64,000 bases of DNA from Pseudomonadota bacterium (GTDB lineage Bacteria; Pseudomonadota; Alphaproteobacteria; Rhodobacterales; Rhodobacteraceae), in the NCBI GenBank assembly GCA_038744785.1, contig JBCDLX010000022.1:3091-67090 (forward strand), given 5' to 3'. Position numbers and translations under genes: made by a program. This document shows positions 1 through 10,051 of the stretch, in pieces (the stretch's first letter is position 1; every line of letters starts with the position of its first letter). Below the pieces are notes generated by a model. That model was not told the DNA's origin. It saw only the letters and a program-made list of their open reading frames with translations, and did no database searches.

Positions 1-164
1 AACGATCTGTCGGCCCCGAACATCGTGATGTCCTGCACGCTGGTCGCGGCAAGTTTGATGAACGGGTAGAGGCCGATCATCAGAATGACGAACACAGCGG
101 GAGCAACCAGAGCATAGCGCAGAACGGTCGCGTTGTCGGCAAGGGCGGACGACTTCGATTGCAT
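1..164 (-). CDS. Carbohydrate ABC transporter permease, N-terminal part (runs off window)
   Basis: Manual translation from ATG at 164: MQSKSSALADNATVLRYALVAPAVFVILMIGLYPFIKLAATSVQD..., a MalF-like first TM helix directly downstream of the CUT1 binding protein. Confidence 0.75.
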   Translation of the reverse strand, partial: MQSKSSALADNATVLRYALVAPAVFVILMIGLYPFIKLAATSVQDITMFGADRS

Positions 165-209
165 TGGCCAGAAGCGACCGGGCCAGACGAACTGGCCCGG
201 CAACGTAAG

Positions 210-1655
210 TCAGGTGGGATAGGCGTTCGGCTTCGACGCCCAGTCAAGGTAAACGCGCTTCTGCTTCTCAACTCCGATGCGGTCGGTCAGGGCATCCCAC
301 TGGCCCGCCAGGTCATCAAGGATGGTTTGCGGATCATCACCGCCCCAAAGGCGCGATAGCGCTTGCCGGATACCTTCCTCGTAGCGGTCAGTCTGGATCA
401 GGGACAAATCGATCAGACCGGTCTCTGCACCGGCCTTCAGTGTGTCGAGATACTCACCCGCCGTCGGCCAGCGATTGCGATACTCCTCGCTCTCGAAATG
501 ACTCGTGCGGAACGGGTCGCGGAGTGCGTAAGGAAGCTGGACCCTCTGGAGGCTGATCTCCTCGGAGTTCATCCATTGCGCGAAGAGGTAAGCCGCCTCC
601 TTGTTCTGCGATCCGGATGCAACGGCGAGCGAGAAGCCGACCGCCAATTCCGGACGCCCGCCCGGCGGAAGTGCATAGCCAATGGTGTCAGCAACCGTCG
701 TTTCCGGAATCCAATTGAGCGCCTCGGTCCCCTTTCCGTAACCGGCAGCCCACCGACCGACCGGCGGCCACGAGATCGTCATCGCGATGTCGCCTGCCAG
801 GAAGGCATTGAACGCCTCGATGAAACCCCATTGCTCGACGCCAGGCGGCATAAAGTCGTTCTCGGCGATCATGGCGTTGAATATATCAAGGCCAACCTGC
901 GAGTTGACCGTCGCCCTCATCGTCTCCTCATCGAAGAACTTGCCACCCTCAACACGGAACCGTTCCTGGAACAGGTACTGCGCGTTTCCGGGCGCACGCA
1001 ACATGCCGGCACCATAGATATCAGGCGCATACTTGTCGGTGAAGAATTGGCCGATTTGCGAGAATTGCTCCCAGGTGGTGGGCGGCGCCAGCTTATAGCC
1101 GTGCCGGTCCATAAAGGCCGCATTGTTCTCGGGGTCTTCGAACAGGTCGCGGCGATAGTACATGATTAACACATCACCATCGTCGGGGAGACCGTAGATC
1201 GTGCCTTCGACTTTCATCTGGTTGTCGCGATAGACGGGCGCAATCGCGTCAAGCTCCTCGGCGTAGCCATACTTGTCCACGAAATCGTCCAATGGCTCGA
1301 GGGCACCAGCGAGGGCGAGATCGGGCAATTGGTTAGGAATGACGTTCAGGACATCGTAAGCGCCCGAGTTCGCCATGTGCGCCTGCATGGTCTTAGTGAA
1401 CATCTGGTCCACAGGCGACTCGATCACGTTGATCTTGATACCTGTCAGGTCCTCCCACATCGGCCCAGTGAAATTCTTCGGGTCCAAAGGCTGAAGTCCA
1501 GCTTCATAGAGCACGTTCAATGTGGCGCCCGTGTATTGCTTTGCGGCTTCGACTGCTTGGCTTGCAGCGCCCTGAGCCGATGCCGGCGAAGGCCCAAGAA
1601 CCCCGTAGGCAAGGGCAGATGTGGCCGTGAGACCAAAAAACCTGCGTCTGTCCAT
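210..1655 (-). CDS. Sugar ABC substrate-binding protein (CUT1 family) with Tat signal
   Basis: ATG at 1655 after GGGAGG; MDRRRFFG twin-arginine signal; YDV, G(L)PxDGD and YYRRDLF family-1 SBP motifs. Confidence 0.88.
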   Translation of the reverse strand: MDRRRFFGLTATSALAYGVLGPSPASAQGAASQAVEAAKQYTGATLNVLYEAGLQPLDPKNFTGPMWEDLTGIKINVIESPVDQMFTKTMQAHMANSGAYDVLNVIPNQLPDLALAGALEPLDDFVDKYGYAEELDAIAPVYRDNQMKVEGTIYGLPDDGDVLIMYYRRDLFEDPENNAAFMDRHGYKLAPPTTWEQFSQIGQFFTDKYAPDIYGAGMLRAPGNAQYLFQERFRVEGGKFFDEETMRATVNSQVGLDIFNAMIAENDFMPPGVEQWGFIEAFNAFLAGDIAMTISWPPVGRWAAGYGKGTEALNWIPETTVADTIGYALPPGGRPELAVGFSLAVASGSQNKEAAYLFAQWMNSEEISLQRVQLPYALRDPFRTSHFESEEYRNRWPTAGEYLDTLKAGAETGLIDLSLIQTDRYEEGIRQALSRLWGGDDPQTILDDLAGQWDALTDRIGVEKQKRVYLDWASKPNAYPT

Positions 1656-1700
1656 CAATTCCTCCCAATTTCGACGTGATATCCTCATCGAGTGGTGCGC

Positions 1701-1714
1701 TCATCATACCAGTT
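1701..1714 (-). promoter_or_regulatory. Candidate GntR/FadR operator, copy 1 (AACTGGTATGATGA)
   Basis: 12/14 identical to the motif at 12993-13006; lies between two transport units; preceded on the minus strand by a second TGGTA. Confidence 0.45.
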
Positions 1715-1749
1715 TACCAATCGGAAAACACCCACTTTCTCGTTGACTT

Positions 1750-2733
1750 CTAAAGCGGCCGAATGAAACGGCGTTGCAGCATTTCCAAGCGTGACGCGCG
1801 GAACGAGTCCAGAAAGACCGCCCCAAAAATGATGAGCCCCTGCAGCATCGGTTGCAGGTAAAGATTGACGCCTGTGAAGACGAGACCGGTCTTGACCGCT
1901 TGAATCATCGTTGCGCCGATCACGGCTGAGAAGGCCGTCCCAATCCCGCCGAAAAGGCTCGCACCGCCCAGAACCGCGGCCGCGATGACGTCGAACTCGC
2001 GCCCCTCACCGAAACCCGCGTCGAGACGACCAATCTGAGCGATCAGGATGAAGCCTGAAAGCGCGGCAAGCGTAGAACAAATGATATAAACACCTGCCTT
2101 GACCCGCCCTGTGGGAATACCGGCCTTTTCGGCCGCTGCCGCGTCGTTTCCTATGGCGTAGACCTGCCGCCCGAAGGTGGTTCGTGACAACACCACATGC
2201 GCGAGTGCCGCGATCACAACAAAGAACAGAATAGGGGTCGGAATGCCCATGACGGAGGACAGGCCAAAGGCACGGATCTCATCGGGAAAGTCGAACTGCC
2301 GCGAACTGGTCAGCCAAGCTCCAAAGCCACGGAAAAAGAACAGGGTCGAAAGTGTGACGATGAACGGAATGATCCGAAGGTAGACGATCAAAAAAGCGTT
2401 GATCGCTCCCATGATCGCGCCAGCCGCCACGGCAAACAGTAGACCTCCAGTGACGCCAACGCCGTAGTCGCGCATCGCGAACCCGGCGATGAGCGGGCCC
2501 AGATACATGACGGACCCCACCGAAAGATCAATCCCGGCGGTGAGCAACACGAACACCATGCCAATCGCAGCGATCCCAATGAATGATGCTTGCTTGATAA
2601 TGTTGGCGAGGTTGTCAGGTCCTAGGAAGCTCGGTGCCTGCGTCCCAAAGACAAGTACGATCAGAAGGAACATAACGATGGTTCCATGCCGGGCAACGAA
2701 CCCGGTGAGCCGTTCCCGCGGTGTACTTGTCAT
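1750..2733 (-). CDS. Monosaccharide ABC permease (RbsC-like)
   Basis: GIDLSVGS, FIVTL, FGRQVYAIGND..AA..AGI and IAAAVLGGASLFGG motifs. Confidence 0.92.
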   Translation of the reverse strand: MTSTPRERLTGFVARHGTIVMFLLIVLVFGTQAPSFLGPDNLANIIKQASFIGIAAIGMVFVLLTAGIDLSVGSVMYLGPLIAGFAMRDYGVGVTGGLLFAVAAGAIMGAINAFLIVYLRIIPFIVTLSTLFFFRGFGAWLTSSRQFDFPDEIRAFGLSSVMGIPTPILFFVVIAALAHVVLSRTTFGRQVYAIGNDAAAAEKAGIPTGRVKAGVYIICSTLAALSGFILIAQIGRLDAGFGEGREFDVIAAAVLGGASLFGGIGTAFSAVIGATMIQAVKTGLVFTGVNLYLQPMLQGLIIFGAVFLDSFRASRLEMLQRRFIRPL

Positions 2734-4259
2734 GCCGAAGCCTCCCTGGACGTCGCTTGTTCGCCGAACGCCAGTGCAAGGATCTCCGTATCCACGAACG
2801 GCGGCGCATCGAACGTGCCCATGACCTCGCCACGATTCATCACCATGACGCGGTCGCAGACCCCTGCAACTTCCTCCAGCTCAGACGATATAAATAGAAT
2901 GCCGTTGCCTGCAGCTGCCAACCTGTCCGCGAGGGCGTAGATCTCGTACTTCGCGCCGACATCCACGCCACGCGTGGGTTCATCGAGAATGAACAGGGCA
3001 GGCTCATTAATCAGCCATTTGCCGATGACGACTTTCTGCTGGTTTCCGCCAGATAGCGACCGCACCGGCTGGACCGCAATATTGCCCGCCTTGATCTGAA
3101 TGTCCGACTTTAGCGCCTCGGTCTCGGCCTCAATCGCACCCTCATCAAGCAGGGCCACCGGTGTCCTACCGAAACGCTCAATCGACACAAGGCTGAGGTT
3201 GTCCATGATGCTCGAATCCATCATCAGCCCTTCCGCCCGGCGATCCTCCGTAACGAACGCGAGCCCGGCCTGAATTCGGTCGCGCGCCGACCCAGAGAGC
3301 GGCGCTCCGTTCAAGGTGACGGTTCCCGCTTCATGCGGGTCGAGACCAAAAAGGATGCGCGCCATTTCCGACCGTCCGGATCCCATTAGACCGAACAGAC
3401 CGAACACCTCCCCTGCCCGTATCTCGAACGAGACATCCTCCAATACGCCGGGCTGGCTCAAACCTTGTACCGAAAGCAGCGTGTGGCCGGTAGGCTTGGC
3501 GCTGCGCTCCGGAAACAGTCCACCCAACTCTCGGCCAATCATGGCTGCGATCATCGCCGGAATGTCGAACTGCTCTGTCGGCCCTTCGGCGACAAGTGCT
3601 CCATCGCGCAGCACGACGATCCGGTCGCTCAAACGTTCGACGTCCGATAAGATGTGCGAGATATAGAGGACGGTCTTGTGATCGGACCTTAGCCGTTCGA
3701 TGGTCTCAAACAGTCGCGCTTTCTCCCGTGGCGTAAGCGATGTGGTCGGCTCGTCGAAAATAATCAATTCGGCGTCCCGGTGCAGCGCTTTTGCAATCTC
3801 GACCAGTTGACGCTCGCCCGGTGCCAGATGATCCACCTTGGTGTCCGGTGACGCATCGAGGCTCAGTTGCGCAAGGAGCGCTTCGGTCTTGGCCCGCATC
3901 TCCGCCCTGTCAATAAGCCCGAACCGGGTCGGAAATCCATCGACAAAAATGTTCTCGGCAATGGTCAGGTTGTTGAACAGGTTCAACTCCTGATGGATGA
4001 ACGCGATCCCGAGCGCTGTTGCGTCGCTGGGAGAGCGTGGGGTGTACGCGGCACCTTTCCAGAACATCTGCCCCAAGGTCGGCGAAACGACACCCCCGAT
4101 CATGTTCATAACGGTCGACTTGCCCGCACCGTTTTCGCCGATGACGCCCACGACGGTGCCCGCTGGCACGTCGAGTGTCAGGTCGGCGACGGCCGGCACG
4201 CCAAAATACTCCTTACGAAGACCATCGAACCTTAGGAGCGTTTTGCTGACCTGGCTCAC
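2730..4259 (-). CDS. Monosaccharide ABC ATP-binding protein (RbsA-like, two NBDs)
   Basis: Walker A GENGAGKS, DEPTTSL, LSGGNQQKV, DEPTRGVDVGAK. Confidence 0.95.
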   Translation of the reverse strand: MSQVSKTLLRFDGLRKEYFGVPAVADLTLDVPAGTVVGVIGENGAGKSTVMNMIGGVVSPTLGQMFWKGAAYTPRSPSDATALGIAFIHQELNLFNNLTIAENIFVDGFPTRFGLIDRAEMRAKTEALLAQLSLDASPDTKVDHLAPGERQLVEIAKALHRDAELIIFDEPTTSLTPREKARLFETIERLRSDHKTVLYISHILSDVERLSDRIVVLRDGALVAEGPTEQFDIPAMIAAMIGRELGGLFPERSAKPTGHTLLSVQGLSQPGVLEDVSFEIRAGEVFGLFGLMGSGRSEMARILFGLDPHEAGTVTLNGAPLSGSARDRIQAGLAFVTEDRRAEGLMMDSSIMDNLSLVSIERFGRTPVALLDEGAIEAETEALKSDIQIKAGNIAVQPVRSLSGGNQQKVVIGKWLINEPALFILDEPTRGVDVGAKYEIYALADRLAAAGNGILFISSELEEVAGVCDRVMVMNRGEVMGTFDAPPFVDTEILALAFGEQATSREASA

Positions 4260-5404
4260 GCGTTCAACTCCCGCATCAGTCGCGTTCGCCAGACGTCCAG
4301 CAAGGCAGCCGCCACGATGACCGAGCCCTTCACCATGTCGATGTGAAAGGAGGACAGGTTCATCAGGTTCAGCGTGTTCGAAAGAAGGACGAAAAAGAAG
4401 ACACCGAAGACCGTCCAGATGATCTTGCCTTTGCCGCCAAAGAGGCTCGTGCCGCCGATCACGGTCGCGCCGATCACATCGAGGAGGAAATTCCCCTCCC
4501 CCAGTGTCGGGCGTCCCGCTTCGAGGCGGGTCGAGTAGAGGATCGCCCCAATGGTCGCACAGATCGCCGAGATCGCGAAAACGAGGACGATGATCCGGCG
4601 GACCGGCACACCGGACACCTCTGCTGCATTGCGGTTTGTGCCGACGGCGAACACTTGTTTGCCGAAGACGGTTCGGTTCAAAAGCAGATGCGCGACGATG
4701 GCGACACTGACGGCGATAACCATCGGGTAGGTGATGAACGAGTAAACTTCACGGCGCGGAATGCGGGATTCGTCCTGCGCGCCGATGTAGATCGACACGA
4801 TGTCTCCTTTCCCGAGCAGGATGTAGGTCTCGGGTAGGTTCCGGATATTCTCGGACTGGGTAAGAAAGATCGCAAAGGCGGAAATCACGATCATCGTCAC
4901 AAGCGTGACCATGAAAGGCGGCATCTTGAACTGTGCGATGGCAAAGCCGTTGAAGGCCCCGATGGCCGCACCGACGAACACCATGATCAGGATTGCAAGC
5001 GGAATTCCGAAGCTGGTGTGGCCGAGCGGCCCGCCGTTTTCGGTCAGGATCGCGCCCCAGATCGGGGCATTCGACAAGACGTCGGGCGACGCCGTCGTGG
5101 CGAGAAACATCGCCCCCACCACGCTGGTGAAGCCCACGACCGACCCTTGCGACAGGTCAATCCCCGCGATTGTCAGAACAAAGGTTTGCCCGATCGCAAC
5201 CACAAGCAAGGGCCACATGTTCGAAAGGATATTCGCCATGTTCGCCGGGTTGGACAGCGTCGGTAGGAACGGGACAAGGATCAGGAAGTAGGCAAGCGAT
5301 AGGTACAGGACGAAATAGTCGGACAGAAAGAGCCGCATCGCGCGCTGGCGAAGGCTGACCAGCTGCATCTGGGCCGTGCCGGTTCCCCGTTGTGGACTGT
5401 TCAT
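4256..5404 (-). CDS. Monosaccharide ABC permease (second, RbsC-like)
   Basis: GIDLSQGS, PPFMVTL, FGKQVFAVGTN, IGATVIGGTSLFGG; start refined to MNSPQ. Confidence 0.9.
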   Translation of the reverse strand: MNSPQRGTGTAQMQLVSLRQRAMRLFLSDYFVLYLSLAYFLILVPFLPTLSNPANMANILSNMWPLLVVAIGQTFVLTIAGIDLSQGSVVGFTSVVGAMFLATTASPDVLSNAPIWGAILTENGGPLGHTSFGIPLAILIMVFVGAAIGAFNGFAIAQFKMPPFMVTLVTMIVISAFAIFLTQSENIRNLPETYILLGKGDIVSIYIGAQDESRIPRREVYSFITYPMVIAVSVAIVAHLLLNRTVFGKQVFAVGTNRNAAEVSGVPVRRIIVLVFAISAICATIGAILYSTRLEAGRPTLGEGNFLLDVIGATVIGGTSLFGGKGKIIWTVFGVFFFVLLSNTLNLMNLSSFHIDMVKGSVIVAAALLDVWRTRLMRELNA

Positions 5405-5482
5405 GTGCGTTCGGAATGCTCTGACGTTCTGGTGGGTAAGACCGGCACGCACGACGGCGCGCCGATCTTTCTGACATTCGGG

Positions 5483-6496
5483 CTATTGGTCGAGGAACCC
5501 TTCGGACAGCAGAACGCAGCCCCACATGTCCATCTCGCGTTCACCAAGATTGGCAGAGGTCAGCGCGAAGCCGGGGTCTTCGATGACCTCGTTCGGCTGC
5601 GCTTCACCCGCGTCGATGGCTGCGAGAATGGCGTTCAGCGCGGCCTCGGCTTCGAAGTAAAGGTCCTGCACGCCCGTTGCGTCGACATACCCCTCCTTGA
5701 TGAGCTGACACGCCGTCGCATCGCCGTCGAGACCGCCCATCACGACATGGCCGTCCTCACCGCGGGGTTTCCACATGCCGCGAGGCTCGAACACCGAACG
5801 GATCGTCGGGAAAAGGAAATCGGACGACGTGAACAAGAGATCAATGTCCGGATTAGCCGTCACTGCGGCTTCGAGATTGGCAAGGGCCGTTGCCGCATCC
5901 CATTCTGAGGCGACCTCAATCGGCGTGTTGAAATCGTCCGGGTAGCGATTGATCGCCTCGTAGAACCCGTCCTTGCGGCCAACGGCATTCGGGTCGCCCA
6001 AGTCGCCCACGATGATCAGAGGGGTGAGCTTTTCGCCGCCCTCTCTGTTGGCAATCGCGTCCTGCGCCAGGAAGTCCACGGCCTGGCTCGCGATCGACGC
6101 GTTGTCCGCAACGACGATGATCCCCTTCGACAAGTCGGATGGCGGTCGGTTGAAGACGGCAATCGGGACATCGTTGTCCTGTGCTTCGTTGACGATGGTG
6201 ACAGCACTTTCGCCATCCTGCGGGATGATGATGACGCCGTCGACGCCTTGCGCAATGCAGTCCCTCACTTGTTCCAGTTGACGGTTTGCGTCTTCATTCG
6301 CGTTTCGTTCGATCACCGTGTGGCCCGCCTCTTCGAGCGTGCGGGTGATCGCGGTATGTCCGGCGACCCAGAACTCGGTCTCGAGATCCTGGAAGGCGAA
6401 ACAGATGGAGGCTCCGCTGGCCATACCCGGCAGCATGGCCGCGGCACCGGACACGGCGATTGCGCACGCGGCGATTTTTGATCTTGTGAACTTCAT
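5483..6496 (-). CDS. Monosaccharide ABC substrate-binding protein (RbsB-like, CUT2); probable apiose/apionate binding
   Basis: Sec signal MKFTRSKIAACAIAVSGAAAMLPGMASG after GGAG RBS; QGVDGVIIIP and GLDG motifs; substrate from context only. Confidence 0.85.
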   Translation of the reverse strand: MKFTRSKIAACAIAVSGAAAMLPGMASGASICFAFQDLETEFWVAGHTAITRTLEEAGHTVIERNANEDANRQLEQVRDCIAQGVDGVIIIPQDGESAVTIVNEAQDNDVPIAVFNRPPSDLSKGIIVVADNASIASQAVDFLAQDAIANREGGEKLTPLIIVGDLGDPNAVGRKDGFYEAINRYPDDFNTPIEVASEWDAATALANLEAAVTANPDIDLLFTSSDFLFPTIRSVFEPRGMWKPRGEDGHVVMGGLDGDATACQLIKEGYVDATGVQDLYFEAEAALNAILAAIDAGEAQPNEVIEDPGFALTSANLGEREMDMWGCVLLSEGFLDQ

Positions 6497-6579
6497 CTTC
6501 TCTCCCTTTCTTTTGAGTGGTGCGCCCGTATGTGAGATTGCTCTTATGCGGTCCCCGGCCTTTTGAGGCCGACCGGGTG

Positions 6580-7431
6580 TCATGACGTGCCCTCTGGGTG
6601 GCAGATGTCCTTGACAGACTGCAGAACCGCCTTCGGGTCGAAGACAGCTTCAAGCCAGTTGTCCTTGAAGATCTTTGGTCGCGCCTGATCAATCGCGTGC
6701 AATGCGCCGTCCGAAAACTGCCCTCCCGGAAAGACGCCGAACGCTATGGCGAGCTCGATATTCAGATGGCCCAGCATGAAGTCATGCGCCGCCTGCTCGG
6801 GAACACCGCGCCGTACCGCCTCATCTTTTGCCTCGCGCAGCGCCAACGCAAGCGTGGCTCCGACCGTTTCCGAAAGCGCGGGTTCGAGGATGGCGATCTG
6901 CTCAACCGTACAGCGATGTGACCGCATGACCGGCGCATAGATCGTCTTGGCGACCTCTTCGCACTTGACATAGTCCTCCTCCGGGCCCTGCATCAGGGCG
7001 CAGACGATGTGTTGTTTGGCCTTCACGCCCCCGAAGAAGTCCATTCGTGCATCCATTTCCATCTCGTCGTTGAAGATCGGCGGATGACAGGGATGCGTAA
7101 CGAAGTACGTGACATCGTCGCGCTTCGGCATTTCACCTGCGTGCGGCGCTGCGGCGTCAAGTACCACCATCGCGGCACCGGGACGGACCTGGTCTATGAT
7201 CTGATGTGAGATTTCGCCAATCAATCGGTCGGGCGTCGCCATCACGATGACATCCGCGCCGGAAATGGCCTGACCCTGCTCGACAGCGTTCACACCCACC
7301 TCGGCCTTCAGGCGCGCGCGCCCGGCCTCCGAAACCTCGACATGGTCGACTTCGAACCGCGATCCCTTCAGATTGGTAGACAGGCGAACGCCCATTTTCC
7401 CGCCCGCGCCCATCAATGCGATCTTGGTCAT
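6580..7431 (-). CDS. apnO: D-apionate oxidoisomerase (PGDH_C family)
   Basis: Rossmann GAGGKMG, THPCHPPIF, EPALSET, FSDGA motifs; in operon with the RLP and four-carbon acid sugar kinase. Confidence 0.85.
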   Translation of the reverse strand: MTKIALMGAGGKMGVRLSTNLKGSRFEVDHVEVSEAGRARLKAEVGVNAVEQGQAISGADVIVMATPDRLIGEISHQIIDQVRPGAAMVVLDAAAPHAGEMPKRDDVTYFVTHPCHPPIFNDEMEMDARMDFFGGVKAKQHIVCALMQGPEEDYVKCEEVAKTIYAPVMRSHRCTVEQIAILEPALSETVGATLALALREAKDEAVRRGVPEQAAHDFMLGHLNIELAIAFGVFPGGQFSDGALHAIDQARPKIFKDNWLEAVFDPKAVLQSVKDICHPEGTS

Positions 7432-8804
7432 GTCATTCTCCCTTGTGCGTGACCACCGCCGGCCCGGATGCGCCCGAAAAAGTCCGGTGTCCCCATCTGG
7501 CCACCCTTCAGGGCAAGCTCGAGCGGTGTGTTGTCGTCCCGGTGCGCACGGCAAAGCGCTGCCCCGGGTATAGTTGCGGCGATGGCCGTCAGTGCGTGAA
7601 CGCCCAATTGGTCAGTCGCGTGGCTGGACGTATCTCCTCCGGCGATGGCCGCACGGCTGAAGCCGCCACGTTCCACCAGTCCGGCAAGGATCTGGCCGAG
7701 TGCCGACCCGAGCCTTGCGTTCGCCTCGTTCATGCTGAGGCCGGCAGTGGCCGCAGCTTCCCGAAACGCCGAGATATGCGGATCGTCGGGACCGCGCGCC
7801 GAATAGACGATGGGGCATGCGCCCGCTTGCAACGCCGCATCGATCTGGGAGGCGATCCAGGCCTGCTTCACATTCCCGGTCTCAAGAGCCATGCCGGGCT
7901 CAATGCGGTGACCGCTGAAACCGTTGGCCTCTGCCCAGGCGATTTGCGCGTCGGTCGTGGCTGAGACGGAACCGGCGACGACGGCCATTTGCTCGACTGC
8001 CCCAACAGTCGGCGATGGCGGCTCTTCTACGATCAGCCCCGTGTCCTGCCAGTGACGCACCAGCGCGTATTCCACCCCTTGCGATCCGACGGCCAGTGTC
8101 GGCGTGCCGCCATGTTCCCAGATGAGGCGACCTGTCTGGCTAAGCGTCGGTCCATCGACAGTGTCGAAGGCAATGACGCGCGCACCGCCTTCGCGGACAA
8201 GGTCGAGCGCGGCGATTGCTGCCCGGGTTGATTGGAGTTCGGTCAAAGGAATCAAACCGGTCTTTAATTCAGTTTGCTGCGCGATATGGCTGCAAACATC
8301 GGCCTCGCTCATCGGCGTAACAGGGTGCCGTGACATGACCGGATGTCGGTCCAGCCGGTAAACGGTGTCGCCCGCCACCGCGAAGAGGTTGCCGAAAGCC
8401 TGATACCGACCAATGGCCGGTGCTGCGACGAGGAGCGCGGCCCACTCCGCCGGAACATGGCGAAACGCGATTTCGGTCGCGCGGCCAATCGATCCGACCG
8501 TCGGAGATGAATCGAGGGTCGAACAAATCTTGTAATGCGTGACCGGTGCTTCCAGCCCCGCAAGAAAGTCGAACACCGGCGGCAGATGTTCCTCCATCCA
8601 GTCCGGGCCGCGTGACCGGGCCGAACCAGCAATTCCGATGCCGCGATATCCCGCGAACTGCGCCAACTGCTCGGGCGTGGGAATGTCGAGGAAGAGTACT
8701 GAGGGTAGGCCAGAGAACGTCAGGACTTCCATAACAGCCGCCGCCCCGGTGTAGTCGTCGCCATACCAGGCGATCAGCGTGCCGAAGGGAAGCGTCCGCG
8801 TCAT
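7428..8804 (-). CDS. oiaK: 3-oxo-isoapionate kinase (four-carbon acid sugar kinase, DUF1537 family)
   Basis: YGDDYTGA, HYKICSTLDSS, AGGDTS, LKGGQMG; ATGA-coupled to neighbours. Confidence 0.85.
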   Translation of the reverse strand: MTRTLPFGTLIAWYGDDYTGAAAVMEVLTFSGLPSVLFLDIPTPEQLAQFAGYRGIGIAGSARSRGPDWMEEHLPPVFDFLAGLEAPVTHYKICSTLDSSPTVGSIGRATEIAFRHVPAEWAALLVAAPAIGRYQAFGNLFAVAGDTVYRLDRHPVMSRHPVTPMSEADVCSHIAQQTELKTGLIPLTELQSTRAAIAALDLVREGGARVIAFDTVDGPTLSQTGRLIWEHGGTPTLAVGSQGVEYALVRHWQDTGLIVEEPPSPTVGAVEQMAVVAGSVSATTDAQIAWAEANGFSGHRIEPGMALETGNVKQAWIASQIDAALQAGACPIVYSARGPDDPHISAFREAAATAGLSMNEANARLGSALGQILAGLVERGGFSRAAIAGGDTSSHATDQLGVHALTAIAATIPGAALCRAHRDDNTPLELALKGGQMGTPDFFGRIRAGGGHAQGRMT

Positions 8805-10051
8805 CCATAAGCCTCCAGCGCGCGGGCGAGGCTCGGAACGGATATCGCGCGATCTTCCAGCGCTTCACCGGCGATGGCGGCATTCCAGCTTTCGCGCAGG
8901 CTTTCCATACCCGCCGCGGGACCGTCGGGGTGCCCCATGATCCCGCCGCCTGCGGCATAGATCAAATCGGCTGACCCGAGACGTCGATAGGTCTCTGGCG
9001 GTTGAACCGCCGACTGGCCGGACGAGAACACCGGCATCGCGATGCAAGGCTTGTCGTCGAAGATCGGCGTCAGACATGTCTTCGCGGAGGCAATCACGCT
9101 GTCATCGAGTTCGCAGAACTTGTTCTGCAAGCCGTTGACATGCATATGATCCGCACCTGCCAGACGCCAGATCTTCTGCCAGGCGACATAGGACCAGCCC
9201 AGATGCGGGGCGCGGGAAAGATATCCCCAACCGTTGCGATGTGCATGAATGGGAAGCTCCGAAAAGCGGCCCAACTCGATCATTCCGGACAGGCCGACCG
9301 AGTTGAGGCTGGCCATGATGCAGGTGCCGCCAAGGTCTCGCACAAGGTCGTGCCGGCGCTTCATCTCGTAGATCTCGCCGGTCAAGTTGAATGCGAACAT
9401 CACTTTCTTGCCTGTCCGATCCGCATGAGCGTTGACGACGGCCATGACGGCGCGTGCGCGATCCTCGAACGGACATGCCGGACCATCGGCCTGCAATTCG
9501 TCATCCTTGATGAAATCAATGCCCGCCTCGGCAAGGGTTTTGACCAGTGCGGCCGTCTGATCGGCGTCGAAGCCGACGCTTGGCTTGATAATGGTGCCGA
9601 TCACCGGCCCTTCGGTTACGCCGGCCAGGCGACGGGTCCCCTGCACCCCGAATTTCGGCCCGCTGTAGCGGTCCGCGAATGCCGACGGCAGCCGGATGTC
9701 GAGCACGCGTAGGCCCGAGAATTGGGCAAGCTCGAACAGATTGCCCGCCACGGTCGCCATCAGATTGGGCAGAGACGGCCCAAGGTTGTGAAGCGGCCAG
9801 GACAACGTGACCTGTGCCCTTTGGATCGCGCGCCCTTCGGGATGGCGCGCACCCGGCAGGCTGGGGCTGTCGACAGTTTCAATGATGTCGATCCTGTCGA
9901 CCGTCGCGGCGGAACGGGCTTTCAGCTCGGGCGTTTCACCGGGAATCTTGACGAAGGTTCCAGAGGATTGCTCGCCCGCCATGACCTCGGCCGCGGCCCG
10001 CGGATCGAAAGCGGTTTCAATAAGGTAGTCGGCTTCGATGCGGTCGCTCAT
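8801..10051 (-). CDS. RuBisCO-like protein (form IV), 3-oxo-isoapionate-4-phosphate transcarboxylase or decarboxylase (OiaT/OiaX type)
   Basis: GEQSSGTF, GTIIKP, FIKDDE, HAHRNG, FSSGQ, AGGGIMGHPDG; no cbbS or prk nearby; apionate context. Confidence 0.88.
   Translation of the reverse strand: MSDRIEADYLIETAFDPRAAAEVMAGEQSSGTFVKIPGETPELKARSAATVDRIDIIETVDSPSLPGARHPEGRAIQRAQVTLSWPLHNLGPSLPNLMATVAGNLFELAQFSGLRVLDIRLPSAFADRYSGPKFGVQGTRRLAGVTEGPVIGTIIKPSVGFDADQTAALVKTLAEAGIDFIKDDELQADGPACPFEDRARAVMAVVNAHADRTGKKVMFAFNLTGEIYEMKRRHDLVRDLGGTCIMASLNSVGLSGMIELGRFSELPIHAHRNGWGYLSRAPHLGWSYVAWQKIWRLAGADHMHVNGLQNKFCELDDSVIASAKTCLTPIFDDKPCIAMPVFSSGQSAVQPPETYRRLGSADLIYAAGGGIMGHPDGPAAGMESLRESWNAAIAGEALEDRAISVPSLARALEAYG

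Noticed and set aside
8801-10051. RuBisCO as evidence of Calvin-cycle carbon fixation
   Set aside because: No cbbS or prk; form IV features and apionate-pathway neighbours.
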